A stretch of 64,000 bases of DNA, taken from positions 2,009-66,008 of the forward strand of contig JBIOWO010000253.1 of the NCBI GenBank assembly GCA_044868555.1, read 5' to 3'. Made by a program: the position numbers and the translations under genes. The notes under the pieces were generated by a model. It searched no databases. It saw nothing but the letters and a program-made list of their open reading frames with translations, and was not told the DNA's origin. The DNA is from Lacipirellulaceae bacterium. Its GTDB lineage: Bacteria > Planctomycetota > Planctomycetia > Pirellulales > Lacipirellulaceae. Positions 37,733 through 46,454 of this stretch are shown piece by piece; within the stretch, counting starts at the first letter, position 1, and every line of letters begins with the position of its first letter.

Positions 37733-37855
37733 ATTTCCCAGATTATTCGTGGGAAAACCGATCTAGTATTCCGCACAGTCCCAGGTTTTCCGTCACTTTC
37801 GTCCTTTTGCAGGCGCATGATGGCCGTCCCCTTCACCGCTTTTCCCTCCCGCTTC

Positions 37856-38749
37856 TCACAGCTCCTTCACCATCCGCTTCAGCGCAAAATGCCGATAGCT
37901 CTCGAGCGCGAGTTCGGCAATCTCGTCCCAATCCTGCTTCTCTTCCACATCCAGGTCGATCCAGCCGTTGTGGCCCGTGTACTGGGAGATTTCAAACCGC
38001 TTGCTCCCAAATTTGCCACCACGCTTGTCCGCAACGAGCTGCTTCTGCCGCGCGGCACCGACCCAGAACGATAGCTTGAGCCGGCCCGTGTAATAGTGCG
38101 CGGTGCCAAAAACTTTGGTGCCCGCCAGCCACGTCGGCATGCCAAACCGTGTGCCGCGCTCCGTCTCCGGAAGCCGGGCGCAGATCGCGTCCAGCTTCTT
38201 GAGCACCGCCCGGGCCGCCTTGCCTTGGAACCGGTCGATTTCTTCCGGCCGAAACTTCCGCGTCGGCGGCCGCACGCGCAAATCCTTCTTCAGCGACCGC
38301 ACCAGCTCGGCCGGCGCCACCATCGCGTACGCCTCGCGCACATGCTCGCCAACGGTCGACCAGCCGAGTCCCTTATCGAGCTCCACGCCCAGCCATCCCG
38401 ACGGCCCAACATACGGCGGCACAAAGTACGGCCAATCGTTGCCCTTCTTCGCCTTGGTTTTCCCGACACTCAACTCTCGACTCTCAACCCTCAACTTTCC
38501 TTTTCCGGCCATCAACTCTCGACTCTCAACCATCAACCCTCGCGCCAACGCCGCCTGCGCCCCGCGCGGCGCCATCAGCCACAGCGCCACCCGCCCATCG
38601 CCATGGTGATTGATCGCATACATGCCAAACACGTTCCGCCCGCGCACCCGAAACGTCGGCATCCCATGCGACACAAACTCCTCGACCTCGGGCAGCGCCG
38701 CCATGATCTCCCGCACCGTGTCGCTGATAGTTCGCTCAACTCGGGGCAT
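37856..38749 (-). CDS. tandem MmcQ/YjbR-like domain protein with repeat-derived insertion
   Basis: Two YjbR-like halves (..PSGWLGVELD.., ..HNGWIDLDV..). An inserted VESREL..VESREL segment is encoded by the repeat DNA at 38467-38541. Confidence 0.65.
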   Translation of the reverse strand: MPRVERTISDTVREIMAALPEVEEFVSHGMPTFRVRGRNVFGMYAINHHGDGRVALWLMAPRGAQAALARGLMVESRELMAGKGKLRVESRELSVGKTKAKKGNDWPYFVPPYVGPSGWLGVELDKGLGWSTVGEHVREAYAMVAPAELVRSLKKDLRVRPPTRKFRPEEIDRFQGKAARAVLKKLDAICARLPETERGTRFGMPTWLAGTKVFGTAHYYTGRLKLSFWVGAARQKQLVADKRGGKFGSKRFEISQYTGHNGWIDLDVEEKQDWDEIAELALESYRHFALKRMVKEL

Positions 38750-38761
38750 GGCTGTCCCTTT

Positions 38762-38859
38762 GTAGCTGAACTCGCAAGAGTTCAGACGAGCATCTGAAGT
38801 TTTGTAGCTGAACTCGCAAGAGTTCAGACGAACATCTGAAGTTTTGCAACTTCAGCTAC
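38762..38859. repeat. tandem duplication of the double-hairpin repeat (gtagctgaactcgcaagagttcag..ctgaagtttt)
   Basis: Two approx 45-nt units, the second completed by gcaacttcagctac. Confidence 0.85.
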
Positions 38860-39002
38860 GGATTAAATCTGCTTCGAGTGGACCGCTGGCTGCCATTGCT
38901 GGCTGGACACCACCCGCCATTTTGACGAAGACCGCTCCGCAGTGCTAGGATTTCAGCCCGAATTAACGCCTGTTGACAATATAACATAAAGGTTATATTA
39001 TT

Positions 39003-39362
39003 GTGGTGTGGGATGTCGAATATACCGATGAGTTCGAACAGTGGTGGACGAGCCTCACCGAAGATGAACAGGCCGACGTGAACGCCGGCGTCGAATTGCT
39101 CGAACGTCATGGGCCGCAGTTGGGCCGGCCCCACGTGGACACATTGAAAGGGTCGAAGCATTCCAACATGAAGGAACTACGAACGCAATCCAGCGGCAAG
39201 CCGCTTCGCACGTTTTTCGCCTTCGATCCGCGTCGCACCGCGATTCTGCTCATCGGTGGCGACAAGACCGGCGACAAGCGATTTTACGATCGTATGGTGC
39301 CGATCACCGACAACCTGTACGACGAGTACTTGAAGGAAATCGATCGGGAAGGGCTCATCTAA
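39003..39362 (+). CDS. RelE/ParE-superfamily toxin (HigB / Gp49-like)
   Basis: VEYTDEFEQWW..L...LGRPHVDTLKGSKHSNMKELR...RTFFAFDPRRTAILLIGGDKTG. GTG start. It is followed at a 1-nt overlap by an XRE antitoxin. Confidence 0.85.
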   Translation: MVWDVEYTDEFEQWWTSLTEDEQADVNAGVELLERHGPQLGRPHVDTLKGSKHSNMKELRTQSSGKPLRTFFAFDPRRTAILLIGGDKTGDKRFYDRMVPITDNLYDEYLKEIDREGLI

Positions 39363-39682
39363 TGGCCGGACATCGCAAGTTTCAACTGCTTCGAGACAAG
39401 CTGACCCCCGCCCAGCGCGAGCGCTCCAAGGCTCGTCTGAGCGAACTGCAGAAGGAAATGCTGCTGTCCGAGCTACGCAGGGCCGCTGGCCTGACGCAGC
39501 AGCGACTTGCCGACGAACTTGGCGTCTCGCAGCCCTGTTTGTCCAAAATGGAAAAGCAATCCGACATGCAAATCGGCACGCTCGAACGGATTGTTACGTC
39601 GCTTGGCGGCCAGCTTGAGGTGATTGCACACATGCCCGGAGGAGATGTCGTTTTAACGCAATTCACTCAGCGTTCTTCCTAG
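39362..39682 (+). CDS. XRE-family HTH antitoxin (HigA-like)
   Basis: HTH segment LRRAAGLTQQRLADELGVSQPCLSKMEKQ. Confidence 0.85.
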   Translation: MAGHRKFQLLRDKLTPAQRERSKARLSELQKEMLLSELRRAAGLTQQRLADELGVSQPCLSKMEKQSDMQIGTLERIVTSLGGQLEVIAHMPGGDVVLTQFTQRSS

Positions 39683-39698
39683 GCATGCGACGCGATAC

Positions 39699-40055
39699 TC
39701 AGCCGCCACCAACCGGCTTCCCGTTCGCCAGCAGCGTCATCTCAATAGTCCCGCGCGTCGCTTTCGAGTACGGGCAGATCGTGTGCGCCTTGGCGACCAG
39801 CGCCTCGGCCTGCTACTGGCGGACGCCCGCCAGTTCGGCGTCGAGCGTCGCATCGATGAAGAAGCCGCTGTCGTCCTTGTGCAGCCGAACTGTGGCCGTG
39901 ACCGCTCGCCTCACTCGCTTCGCCGTGTCCTCCGTGCCTCCGTGGTAAATCAGTTCGGCGATGGCCAAAAATAGTTGCTGAACTTGCCCGTCGTTTGTGA
40001 TACGGTCGATGTCGCACAATATTGCGCGCCGAAAGAACGCCGGCAACATTGTCAA
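39699..40055 (-). pseudogene. degraded Ohr/OsmC-family peroxiredoxin gene
   Basis: The C-terminal [27 protein letters not shown] matches Ohr. An in-frame TAG at 39813-39815 separates it from the upstream part. The first catalytic Cys position reads Y (AIAELIYHGG), and the N-terminus is truncated and diverged. Confidence 0.55.
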
Positions 40056-40474
40056 TCAGCGTTCGCGCTCACCCTGCACACCGACCGCCATGTTCCATCA
40101 CCCACCAGCCATCAATCAACGTAACCAACGCCGTTCTCCCAGTTTGAACGAGCTGGCCACGGGGCGACCCCCATGCGCACGTGACCCCTTCGAAAGTTTA
40201 ACGACTTACGTCGACGCGCTCGTGACCCCATCGCAAAAACAAGCCATTTTTGCGGGCCTAAGTTCGACCCCCCTGTCGTCTTCGAAAATCGAAGCCACTT
40301 CCGAAAGCTCGCCCGCCCCGATTGAGAATTTGATGCAAGATTTCAGCGCTGCCGTCATGTCTCTGCGCCCTCCGGGACCTCCTGTTCAAAACGCTCGATC
40401 GAAAATCGCAACCGGCCAAAAATAGTTGCTGAACTCGCACCACGAATCTGCTAACGTCGATTTCGATGATGCGA

Positions 40475-40515
40475 GACTCTCCGTTCGGCTGAGCTCACGG
40501 CCGAAGCCCGACCCC
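40475..40515. repeat. repeat gactctccgttcggctgagctcacggccgaagcccgacccc (reverse orientation of 6927-6965)
   Basis: Near-exact reverse complement of the copy at 6927-6965. Confidence 0.85.
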
Positions 40516-40678
40516 GGCACCAACAACACGCGTGTTCTCAACTCGAATCCAACTGCGATCATCTGCGAAATCCGCGGCAAAAAACCCGTCTGGAACCCGG
40601 AGTGTCGCGCGCCGCCCAAATCTGCTAAATTTCCAGCCTAGCCCATTCTCAGGCGCACGCGAAAAATGGATTGATCCT

Positions 40679-42481
40679 ATGTCCGCCAACGGCACACTAT
40701 CCCCTGAAAAACCCTCCCTCAACTTCATCGAGCAAATCATCGAAGCCGATCGCGCCGCCGGTAAGAACGGCGGCCGAGTCCACACTCGCTTTCCCCCCGA
40801 GCCGAACGGCTACCTCCACATCGGCCACGCCAAGAGCATCTGCCTGAACTTCGGCCTCGCCGAGGAGTACAAGGGCAAGTTCAACCTGCGCTTCGACGAC
40901 ACGAACCCCACCAAGGAGGAGCAGGAGTACGTCGACTCGATCATCGATGATGTCGACTGGATCACCTCCGCGTTTGCGGGCGACCAGCGAGCCGGGTCGT
41001 CCCCGACCCCGGCCCGTTCCGAACCGCTCTATGCGTCCGACTATTTCCAGCAACTCTACGACTGGGCCATCCAGCTCATCAAAGAGGGCAAGGCCTACGT
41101 CTGCGACCTCACGGCCGACGAAGTTCGCGCCCATCGCGGCACGCTCAGCGAACCGGGCAAGAACAGCCCCTACCGCAATCGGTCCGTCGACGAAAATCTC
41201 GACCTGTTCGAGCGGATGGAGAAGGGCGAGTTCCCCGACGGCGCCCGCACGCTCCGTGCCAAGATCGACATGGCCTCGCCCAACATCAACATGCGCGACC
41301 CGGTGATGTACCGCATCAAGCACGCCTCGCATCACCGCTCGGGCGACCGCTGGTGCATCTACCCATCCTACGACTACACCCATGGCCAAAGCGACTCGAT
41401 CGAGGGCATCACCCATTCCATCTGCACGCTCGAATTCGAAAACCACCGCCCGCTCTACGACTGGTTCTGCAAAGAACTGCGGATCCACCACCCACAACAA
41501 ATCGAGTTCGCCAGGCTCAACCTCACGTACACGGTGATGAGCAAGCGCAAGCTGCTTCAGCTCGTGCAGGAGAAGCACGTCGCCGGCTGGGACGACCCGC
41601 GGATGCTCACCATTCGCGGCCTTCGCCGCCGCGGCTACACGCCCGAGGCAATCCGCGCGTTCTGCGAGCGGATCGGCGTGGCGAAATTCAACAGCACGAT
41701 CGACATGGCCTGGCTTGAGGACGCGATTCGCGAGGACCTGAATGTCCGGGCCCCGCGCGTGATGGCCGTGCTCAAGCCGCTCAAAGTCGTCATCACGAAC
41801 TATCCCGAAGGCAAAACCGAACAACTCGCAGCGGCCAATCACCCGCAGTACGCCGCGCTGGGCACCCGCAGCGTGCCGTTTTCGCGCGAGCTGTACATCG
41901 AGGCCGACGACTTCATGGAAGACGCCCCCAAAAAATTCTTCCGCCTCGCCCCCGGCCGCGAAGTGCGTCTCCGCTACGCTTACTTCATCACCTGCACCGA
42001 AGTGGTCAAAGACAAGTCCGGCCACATCACCGAGCTCCGCTGCACCTACGACCCAGCCACGCGCGGCGGCAACGCGCCCAACGGCCGCAAAGTGAAAGGC
42101 ACGATCCACTGGGTCGATGCCGCCTCTGCCGTCAGTCCCGAAATCCGCCTCTACGACCACTTGTTCAAGACAGAATTTCCAGATGGTGGGGGACGAAAGG
42201 CGGACACCGAAGATCCAGACGATCCCTCCGGTCCTCAACCCTCAACCCTCAACTCTCAACCCTCCACCTTCCTCGACAACATCAACCCAAACTCACTCAC
42301 GATCGTCCGCGACGCCAAGCTCGAACCATCGCTCGCCGCGGCCGCCCCAGGCCAACATTTCCAATTCGAGCGCCTCGGCTACTTCTTCACCGACCCAATC
42401 GACTCGAAACCTGGCAAACCGGTTTTCAGCCGCACCGCGACGCTCCGTGACACGTGGGCCAAGGAATCGGCCAAAGAATAG
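40679..42481 (+). CDS. glnS: glutamine--tRNA ligase
   Basis: [14 protein letters not shown] (HIGH), VMSKRK (KMSKS) and C-terminal [10 protein letters not shown]. The start is taken at MSANG. Confidence 0.95.
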   Translation: MSANGTLSPEKPSLNFIEQIIEADRAAGKNGGRVHTRFPPEPNGYLHIGHAKSICLNFGLAEEYKGKFNLRFDDTNPTKEEQEYVDSIIDDVDWITSAFAGDQRAGSSPTPARSEPLYASDYFQQLYDWAIQLIKEGKAYVCDLTADEVRAHRGTLSEPGKNSPYRNRSVDENLDLFERMEKGEFPDGARTLRAKIDMASPNINMRDPVMYRIKHASHHRSGDRWCIYPSYDYTHGQSDSIEGITHSICTLEFENHRPLYDWFCKELRIHHPQQIEFARLNLTYTVMSKRKLLQLVQEKHVAGWDDPRMLTIRGLRRRGYTPEAIRAFCERIGVAKFNSTIDMAWLEDAIREDLNVRAPRVMAVLKPLKVVITNYPEGKTEQLAAANHPQYAALGTRSVPFSRELYIEADDFMEDAPKKFFRLAPGREVRLRYAYFITCTEVVKDKSGHITELRCTYDPATRGGNAPNGRKVKGTIHWVDAASAVSPEIRLYDHLFKTEFPDGGGRKADTEDPDDPSGPQPSTLNSQPSTFLDNINPNSLTIVRDAKLEPSLAAAAPGQHFQFERLGYFFTDPIDSKPGKPVFSRTATLRDTWAKESAKE

Positions 42482-42498
42482 GCGAAGTTTCATAGATC

Positions 42499-43311
42499 GT
42501 GACCGTCAAACATTATGACAATCCGTTAGTGCAGGCGTACTTTGAAAAGGTGCTGCCGTCGCTAGTCTTTGTCGAGTGCACAAACGTTGCAACAGGTCAG
42601 GTTTTGTGTGGAACGGCGACGGTGATTGCACATGGCGGCGATTCGGCAGGCGGTTATATCCCGTATTTGGCAACCGCGGGCCATTTGTTACCCGAAGCAA
42701 ATGTCGCGACTCATTTTCGACTGACTCGGTACACGTTTGAGGATCTAGCGAACCCAATGTCACGAATGGCCGAATTTGAAATGCCTCATGCAGAAAGCAC
42801 TCGTAAGACTCCAGCATACATAAAGATTGGTGATAAGGACGGCCTTTCCCGTTTGGACATTGGTTTGATCCGGGCACCGATCACCTGCATCGATGGCCAG
42901 CCTTGGTTCGTAACGAATAAGCCTTCAACAGAGTCAATGTCTATCCAGCCGGCGTCCGCTTGGGCAGCTGAAGGTTCGCAAGTCGCTTGGGCAGGATTTC
43001 CAGCGCTCGCTATGGACATCGCGCGGCGTCCACAACCTTGCTATTACCAAGGGGTCATTTCGTCGTTACTAATTAGGAACGAATTCCAGATGTACCTCAT
43101 TGACGGACACAACACGTTTGGCATTAGCGGCGGTCCTGTCTGGTGGATCAACGCTGAATCACGAGTACCAACCGTAATTGGTATCGTATCATCCTATCGC
43201 TTTAGCAAACAAATGAACGCCATGCCTGGATTGGTTGCTGCAACGCCGATCCAGCTTTTGTTGTCGCTGGTTTTTCAAGACTACGTTGCTAAGACCTCAA
43301 CGATAAATTAG
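42499..43311 (+). CDS. trypsin-like serine protease fold protein
   Basis: TAGHLL (His region) and GISGGPVW (GDSGGP-like). GTG start. The DNA is clearly AT-richer. Confidence 0.55.
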   Translation: MTVKHYDNPLVQAYFEKVLPSLVFVECTNVATGQVLCGTATVIAHGGDSAGGYIPYLATAGHLLPEANVATHFRLTRYTFEDLANPMSRMAEFEMPHAESTRKTPAYIKIGDKDGLSRLDIGLIRAPITCIDGQPWFVTNKPSTESMSIQPASAWAAEGSQVAWAGFPALAMDIARRPQPCYYQGVISSLLIRNEFQMYLIDGHNTFGISGGPVWWINAESRVPTVIGIVSSYRFSKQMNAMPGLVAATPIQLLLSLVFQDYVAKTSTIN

Positions 43312-43382
43312 GGATTGGCCGATCCCGCGATTAGCGCGCAATCGCGCCCCTAACGTGGAGACACAACGGAGGCGCCCAATCG

Positions 43383-43571
43383 CTACTTCGGATCCGGCAC
43401 GGACAGCCCGCGACAAATCTTGATCGCGAGCCGATCGCTAACTTCCGTGTGCCGTGGCACCGCTTCAACCTCGCCCGTGTGCGGGTTGGTCCACAGCGAG
43501 TGCGAGCGGCCCTCGCGCTTCAGCCGACAGCCATGACGCCGCAGATGGCGCAAGAAAGAGGTCCGCTTCAT
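43383..43571 (-). CDS. hicA: HicA mRNA interferase toxin
   Basis: LRRHGCRLKREGRSHSLWTNP...VPRHTEVSDRLAIKICRGLSV. Confidence 0.88.
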   Translation of the reverse strand: MKRTSFLRHLRRHGCRLKREGRSHSLWTNPHTGEVEAVPRHTEVSDRLAIKICRGLSVPDPK

Positions 43572-43831
43572 TCGACAACGACGATCTCGCGTTCGGCATC
43601 GGCGGGCACGCCGCGCAAACCGTCCTCGCGCCGATCTTCAAGAATCAACGCAATCGCATCGCGCAGACTGGTCACAGCTTCTTGCTTGGTCTGGCCCTGT
43701 CCGTTTGCTCCCGGCACTTCGGGGCAATACGCGATGAACCACGGTCCATCCTGTTCGATCACGGCAGTGAATTCGTTTCGCATTGAATGCCTCGAATTTT
43801 GCCAGCGAGCAACCATCGCCGACAATGACAA
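43568..43831 (-). CDS. hicB: HicB-family antitoxin (probable start 43783)
   Basis: FTAVIEQDGPWFIAYCPEVPGANGQGQTKQEAVTSLRDAI. It overlaps hicA by 4 nt. Confidence 0.85.
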   Translation of the reverse strand: MSLSAMVARWQNSRHSMRNEFTAVIEQDGPWFIAYCPEVPGANGQGQTKQEAVTSLRDAIALILEDRREDGLRGVPADAEREIVVVE

Positions 43832-43927
43832 TTTTAAGCGATGAACCTGACTCCGACTATCCCGTCTTCAACTGCTGCGCTCCGCGCCACCTGGGCCAAA
43901 GAGTCGGCCCGAGAATAGATCGAGAGA

Positions 43928-45088
43928 TTAGCGGTGCTGAGGAATTCGACGGCCGAGCCCACGGCAACCGCAGACAATAAGCATCCCAACCATGAACGCG
44001 GCGAAAGACGGTTCAGGCACCACCAAGGTCGCCACCACGCCGGCATGGTCGGCCGGCCACAGACCAGACGGTGTGCGATCGGCAAGTGCCTCGCCAACGG
44101 TGTCTGCGTCCACGGCGAGTGGTCCGTTCCTAGTCAGGATCAGGTCGACTCTTTGGGATAGCTCGGAAGGGTTATTCAGGAGGTCTGCATCTTGGCAGCA
44201 AGTGTATCCGGGATCGCCGGGGTGAACTACGCTCCAGGCGTCGCTGAATCCGGCGCCAATCAGGCTGGCGTAGGTTGAGGACCCACTGCCATCGGCCGGA
44301 GAATTGAAGTCGCCGACGAGAACGGTGGGCGAATTTGAATTGGTTGGACCGGAGAGCAATTCGGCGGCTTGAAGCACTTGAGCCGCCGCGACCGGATCGA
44401 GATGCGTGTTGAAAAATCGGAAGTCGAGTCCATCGGTGTCGACGTCCACTGCCGTCCACCCGCGCAAGAAGTTCACTCCCAACGCCGAGCCAAACACCGC
44501 GTAGTTGCCGGATTGCGGATTGGAGACTTGGAACTGAGAAGGTGGGAGATCGGTGCGAGCGAGGATCACGTCGCGGTCCGTCAGTCGAATATCTTGCAGA
44601 ATCGGACTAGTGTCGGGATTAAACCCGATAAGTCGCGGAAACTCGGCATCGACGTTTTGAACTGTTGCCACCGCCGCGTAGCTCAAGCCCCGCGCACTGA
44701 GTGCGTTGAGCATCGTCGACAAGAAGTCGATTTCCACGGTGGTCGCATGAGGCGCACCTGGACCATCAAAGGGCGCGGACCGAAACAGCGACACCTCCTG
44801 CAAACCAATCAGGGCCGGTTGCTTCTGGTCAACCTCGAGAGCGATGGCGTCCGCTCGGGCGGCGATATCGCTGGCCAATACTTGCGCATATATCGTCGTG
44901 GTGAGCGCCACGACGTTTCCCGGATTCGCGCTGACATCGGCAACGTACTGGCCAACGTCAAAGCCCACATACATGTTTTGTGTCATGACGCTGACCGCCG
45001 CGTCAATCCGCGGAGCGAGCATCAAGCCGACCAACGCGGCAAGATACAATCGAGAAGCAACGGAATCGAAATGTGATGCGGACATCAT
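43928..45088 (-). CDS. endonuclease/exonuclease/phosphatase (EEP) family protein with PEP-CTERM anchor
   Basis: LQEV, VGDFNS and PADHAGV motifs. The C-terminus reads VVPEPSFAAFMVGMLIVCGCRGLGRR. Confidence 0.8.
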   Translation of the reverse strand: MMSASHFDSVASRLYLAALVGLMLAPRIDAAVSVMTQNMYVGFDVGQYVADVSANPGNVVALTTTIYAQVLASDIAARADAIALEVDQKQPALIGLQEVSLFRSAPFDGPGAPHATTVEIDFLSTMLNALSARGLSYAAVATVQNVDAEFPRLIGFNPDTSPILQDIRLTDRDVILARTDLPPSQFQVSNPQSGNYAVFGSALGVNFLRGWTAVDVDTDGLDFRFFNTHLDPVAAAQVLQAAELLSGPTNSNSPTVLVGDFNSPADGSGSSTYASLIGAGFSDAWSVVHPGDPGYTCCQDADLLNNPSELSQRVDLILTRNGPLAVDADTVGEALADRTPSGLWPADHAGVVATLVVPEPSFAAFMVGMLIVCGCRGLGRRIPQHR

Positions 45089-45191
45089 CGTGCCCTTTCA
45101 TCTCGCATGGAGCGATCCTTCTCAGGGGTGTTAAAGTGCGCAGCATAGCACATCCGCCAGTTGATAAGAAGCAGTTTCATAACGCGCTTTG

Positions 45192-45248
45192 GTAGCTGGA
45201 TTCGCAAGAATTCAGCCAGGAGGGCTGAAGTTTTGCAACTTCAGCTAC
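45192..45248. repeat. double-hairpin repeat gtagctggattcgcaagaattcagcc..gctgaagttttgcaacttcagctac
   Basis: Same family as 59999-60053. Confidence 0.85.
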
Positions 45249-45304
45249 CGTATTGAAACTGCTTCAAGTCAAATAAACTCAAAACAATGGAAAACTGCGG
45301 CAAA

Positions 45305-45455
45305 GGGCACGTGTCGCTGGCCGGGCTCGGCCAGCACTTCCAATTCGAGCGCCTCGGCTATTTCTTCACTGACCCCGTCGACTCGAAGCCCGCCACCCCG
45401 TCTTCAACCGCACCGCCACCCTCCGTGACACCTGGGCCAAAGAAGCGGCCAAGGA
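45305..45455 (+). pseudogene. orphan, frameshifted duplicate of the glnS 3' end
   Basis: 45329-45455 aligns to 42350-42478 at roughly 80-85 percent identity (by eye). It reads [21 protein letters not shown], then a 1-nt deletion, then [18 protein letters not shown] in the +1 frame. Confidence 0.75.
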
Positions 45456-45646
45456 TTGAATGATATCCGGCGGCCCATTGCCCGCAAGTAAGGAGCGACT
45501 GATTGAATTGCGGCCAACTTGGGCAACGCTGGTCCACACCCCAAAATGGCGGCGAACTTTGGACTAGTTCGGTTGCCGTCGAACAACTTGCTCTCCGGCA
45601 CAAGAACTGCTCATCCGTCTCGTGCCAGAGTTCGAGAGGGTGAGCT

Positions 45647-46168
45647 ATGTCGGCCGCAATCTTGGACAACGTGTTTGTCATGCTGTGCGACTGGCGGGGC
45701 AGATGCGTCTGGACGAGCACGCCTCATGTTCTTGTCGATGTTGGAGAATTCATATGGCGGCGATTGACGGCCGATTCGCAGGAACGGGCTAAGGCTGTTT
45801 TTGCCCGCGTGGTCACCCTCAGGGAAATGCAGGAAGCTGATATTTCGGACGAAGGCGGCAGAGTTTTTCACGGTCGCTTTTGGCCGCTCGATTCGCCGGA
45901 CGCGGCCGTCTGCATCATCGGTGCCCGAATTCCCGAGCAAATGGCACGGCTCGGGCCGCGGGAAATCGAATGCTTGAAATTGCTTTCTGAGGGGGCCGAT
46001 GCCCGCAGTATGGCGGAGCAGCTCGACGTGGGAGTGAGCACCGTCCACACGCACTTAAAGCGGGCCCGAGTGAAGCTCGGCCTCCCAAGCATGGAAGCGC
46101 TGATCGCCTTCTCCGCGCGATACTTCTACCAGCCCGAAAGTTCACTCAAGCGACGGGCCGCCAATTAG
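45647..46168 (+). CDS. LuxR-type HTH regulator with PAS-like N-domain (paralog 1)
   Basis: The N-terminus has CDWRGRCVWTS...WPLDSPDAAVC. C-terminal HTH: REIECLKLLSEGADARSMAEQLDVGVSTVHTHLKRARVKLG. Confidence 0.8.
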   Translation: MSAAILDNVFVMLCDWRGRCVWTSTPHVLVDVGEFIWRRLTADSQERAKAVFARVVTLREMQEADISDEGGRVFHGRFWPLDSPDAAVCIIGARIPEQMARLGPREIECLKLLSEGADARSMAEQLDVGVSTVHTHLKRARVKLGLPSMEALIAFSARYFYQPESSLKRRAAN

Positions 46169-46454
46169 CGAAGGCAATGCGCAAAAACGAGTCAATTGTG
46201 ACCGCGCTGCGCCAAAATAAAGCATACGTGCTGAGTGGCTATTCAGTCCGATGCGATTTGTCACACCGGCTCGTACATTGGCGATAGGCAGCGTACGATC
46301 GGCCACGCACTTTGCTGGATGAAATGCCGGCCGGGGCGATCCTGCCCCGGATTCCGCCCCGTCCGGCCAGATGCGCTTTGGGCGCTCCATCTACATCGGC
46401 TATATTCGCATCGTGTCAACATCACGAGTGACACAATCTTCGTGAGGTTTTGTC

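Noticed and set aside
39997-40425. 142-aa plus-strand ORF between the ohr remnant and glnS
   Set aside because: The translation is Pro/Ser/Ala-rich with no motifs, and it is bounded by the 22-nt direct repeats. It is likely non-coding filler.
42482-45328. Integrase, transposase or tRNA gene at any of the three island junctions
   Set aside because: None of the ORFs in or next to the islands shows recombinase motifs (R-H-R-Y, DDE, serine recombinase), and no tRNA-like sequence is present. The islands are therefore reported as relics or trans-mobilised, not as autonomous elements.
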